DNA of 62,457 nt, the filler included, from Sphacelaria rigidula (Eukaryota): assembly GCA_964200075.2 (NCBI GenBank). It is 7 parts of 7 records of this genome, joined end to end, with 100 filler letters (N's around TTAATTAATTAA, not from the genome) between each part and the next. Parts side by side here need not be neighbours in the genome. Positions count along the whole stretch, not along the records: positions 53,624 to 62,457 come from CAXNAA020009985.1; 6 more parts are not named here. One strand, 5' to 3'. Position numbers and translations under genes: made by a program. Positions 61,626 through 62,457 of this stretch are shown here, piece after piece. The notes below the pieces were generated by a model, which worked only from the letters and a program-made list of their open reading frames with translations, searched no databases and had not been told where the DNA came from. The number at the start of each line of letters is the position of its first letter. The first letter of the stretch is position 1.

Positions 61626-62457
61626 AAACTCCACACTCCACATCACAGAGCACAAATCAACAATATATGAACAGCCACATTTTCACAAGCAGAAGCTGCT
61701 CCCACATCAACTCCGAGGTCTTGGGGTACATACGCAGCTCCCAACACCAAGAGCTCCTGCTTTTCCCATCTGGAAATATTGCTCACCTTGGACAATATAT
61801 GGTCAATGGATGCAATAGACGAGAACTGTATTGCATAGAGTATAGGCCTATTGCAACTATTGCCGGCTGACAATAGTCGCAATAGCCCCATACTCTATGC
61901 AGTGCGTATCTTGTCTATTGCAACTGTTGACCGCATAATGTCCAAGGTGTGAAATATTGTGAGGATGGCACCACGGGCGACATTACAAAGTCACAGCTCG
62001 TGTTGTCATGAAGTTGTGTAAGAGCTGTCGAGGTCGCTTTGTTGGTGCTTCTCTCACAAAAACTGTGGCGGCCCGTTGGTCTCTACCCATGTCAAGCCAG
62101 CAGTACCACTAAAATATGCTGGAATCAAGTGGTGTCTGTTAACAACAGGGTGATCGAGAAGCGCACACATAGCCCGCTCAAATCTCTGAAGCGGCAGCAA
62201 TGACGATGCAGAGGAGTATTCGGATCTTGCAGCGCAAAAGCGCAGGGACATTATTTAAGCTTTCGTCGGGCATTTTCCCGCCGGGATGTTGCAATTATCA
62301 GCATATAGGTCGTTATGGGATGAGAACACACAACACTGAGACAAGCTCGCTGATCGATTCTTCATTTTTTCCTGACAAACTACCACGGTTAGGACAAATC
62401 ATCACGACTCAAAATTACCAAATTCACGATTTCTTCTGCCTGATTGCCCGAAAGGGT

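Overview
Eukaryotic, intron-rich, repeat-rich DNA. The GT-AG exon style and repeat content suggest a brown alga or related stramenopile (inference only). The window is not one locus. It is seven contigs of near-identical, decreasing length (8838, 8838, 8837, 8837, 8837, 8836 and at least 8834 bp) joined by artificial 100-bp spacers (44 N + TTAATTAATTAA + 44 N), so neighbourhood across spacers has no biological meaning. Contig 1: a decayed AcademX-like DNA transposon (PIN/XPG nuclease plus Cys-rich tail) and a truncated Ty1/copia element with an inverted second gag copy. Contig 2: three exons of an XRN 5'-3' exoribonuclease, a tRNA-derived SINE and a 43-bp palindromic minisatellite. Contig 3: an EF-hand exon and other exon fragments. 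Contig 4: a candidate TPP1/Est3-like OB-fold telomere protein with a long SQ/TQ-rich disordered tail. Contig 5: a near-complete DIRS/PAT-type tyrosine-recombinase retrotransposon (gag, RT-RNaseH-methyltransferase, zinc ribbon-YR, split-direct-repeat-like 3' end) inserted into a copia gag. Contig 6: a spliced, highly divergent RFC-like clamp-loader ATPase and LINE debris. Contig 7: a spliced cysteine-containing LRR (FBXL/AMN1-like) gene and MITE-like inverted repeats. All family calls come from motif recognition by eye; no searches were run.
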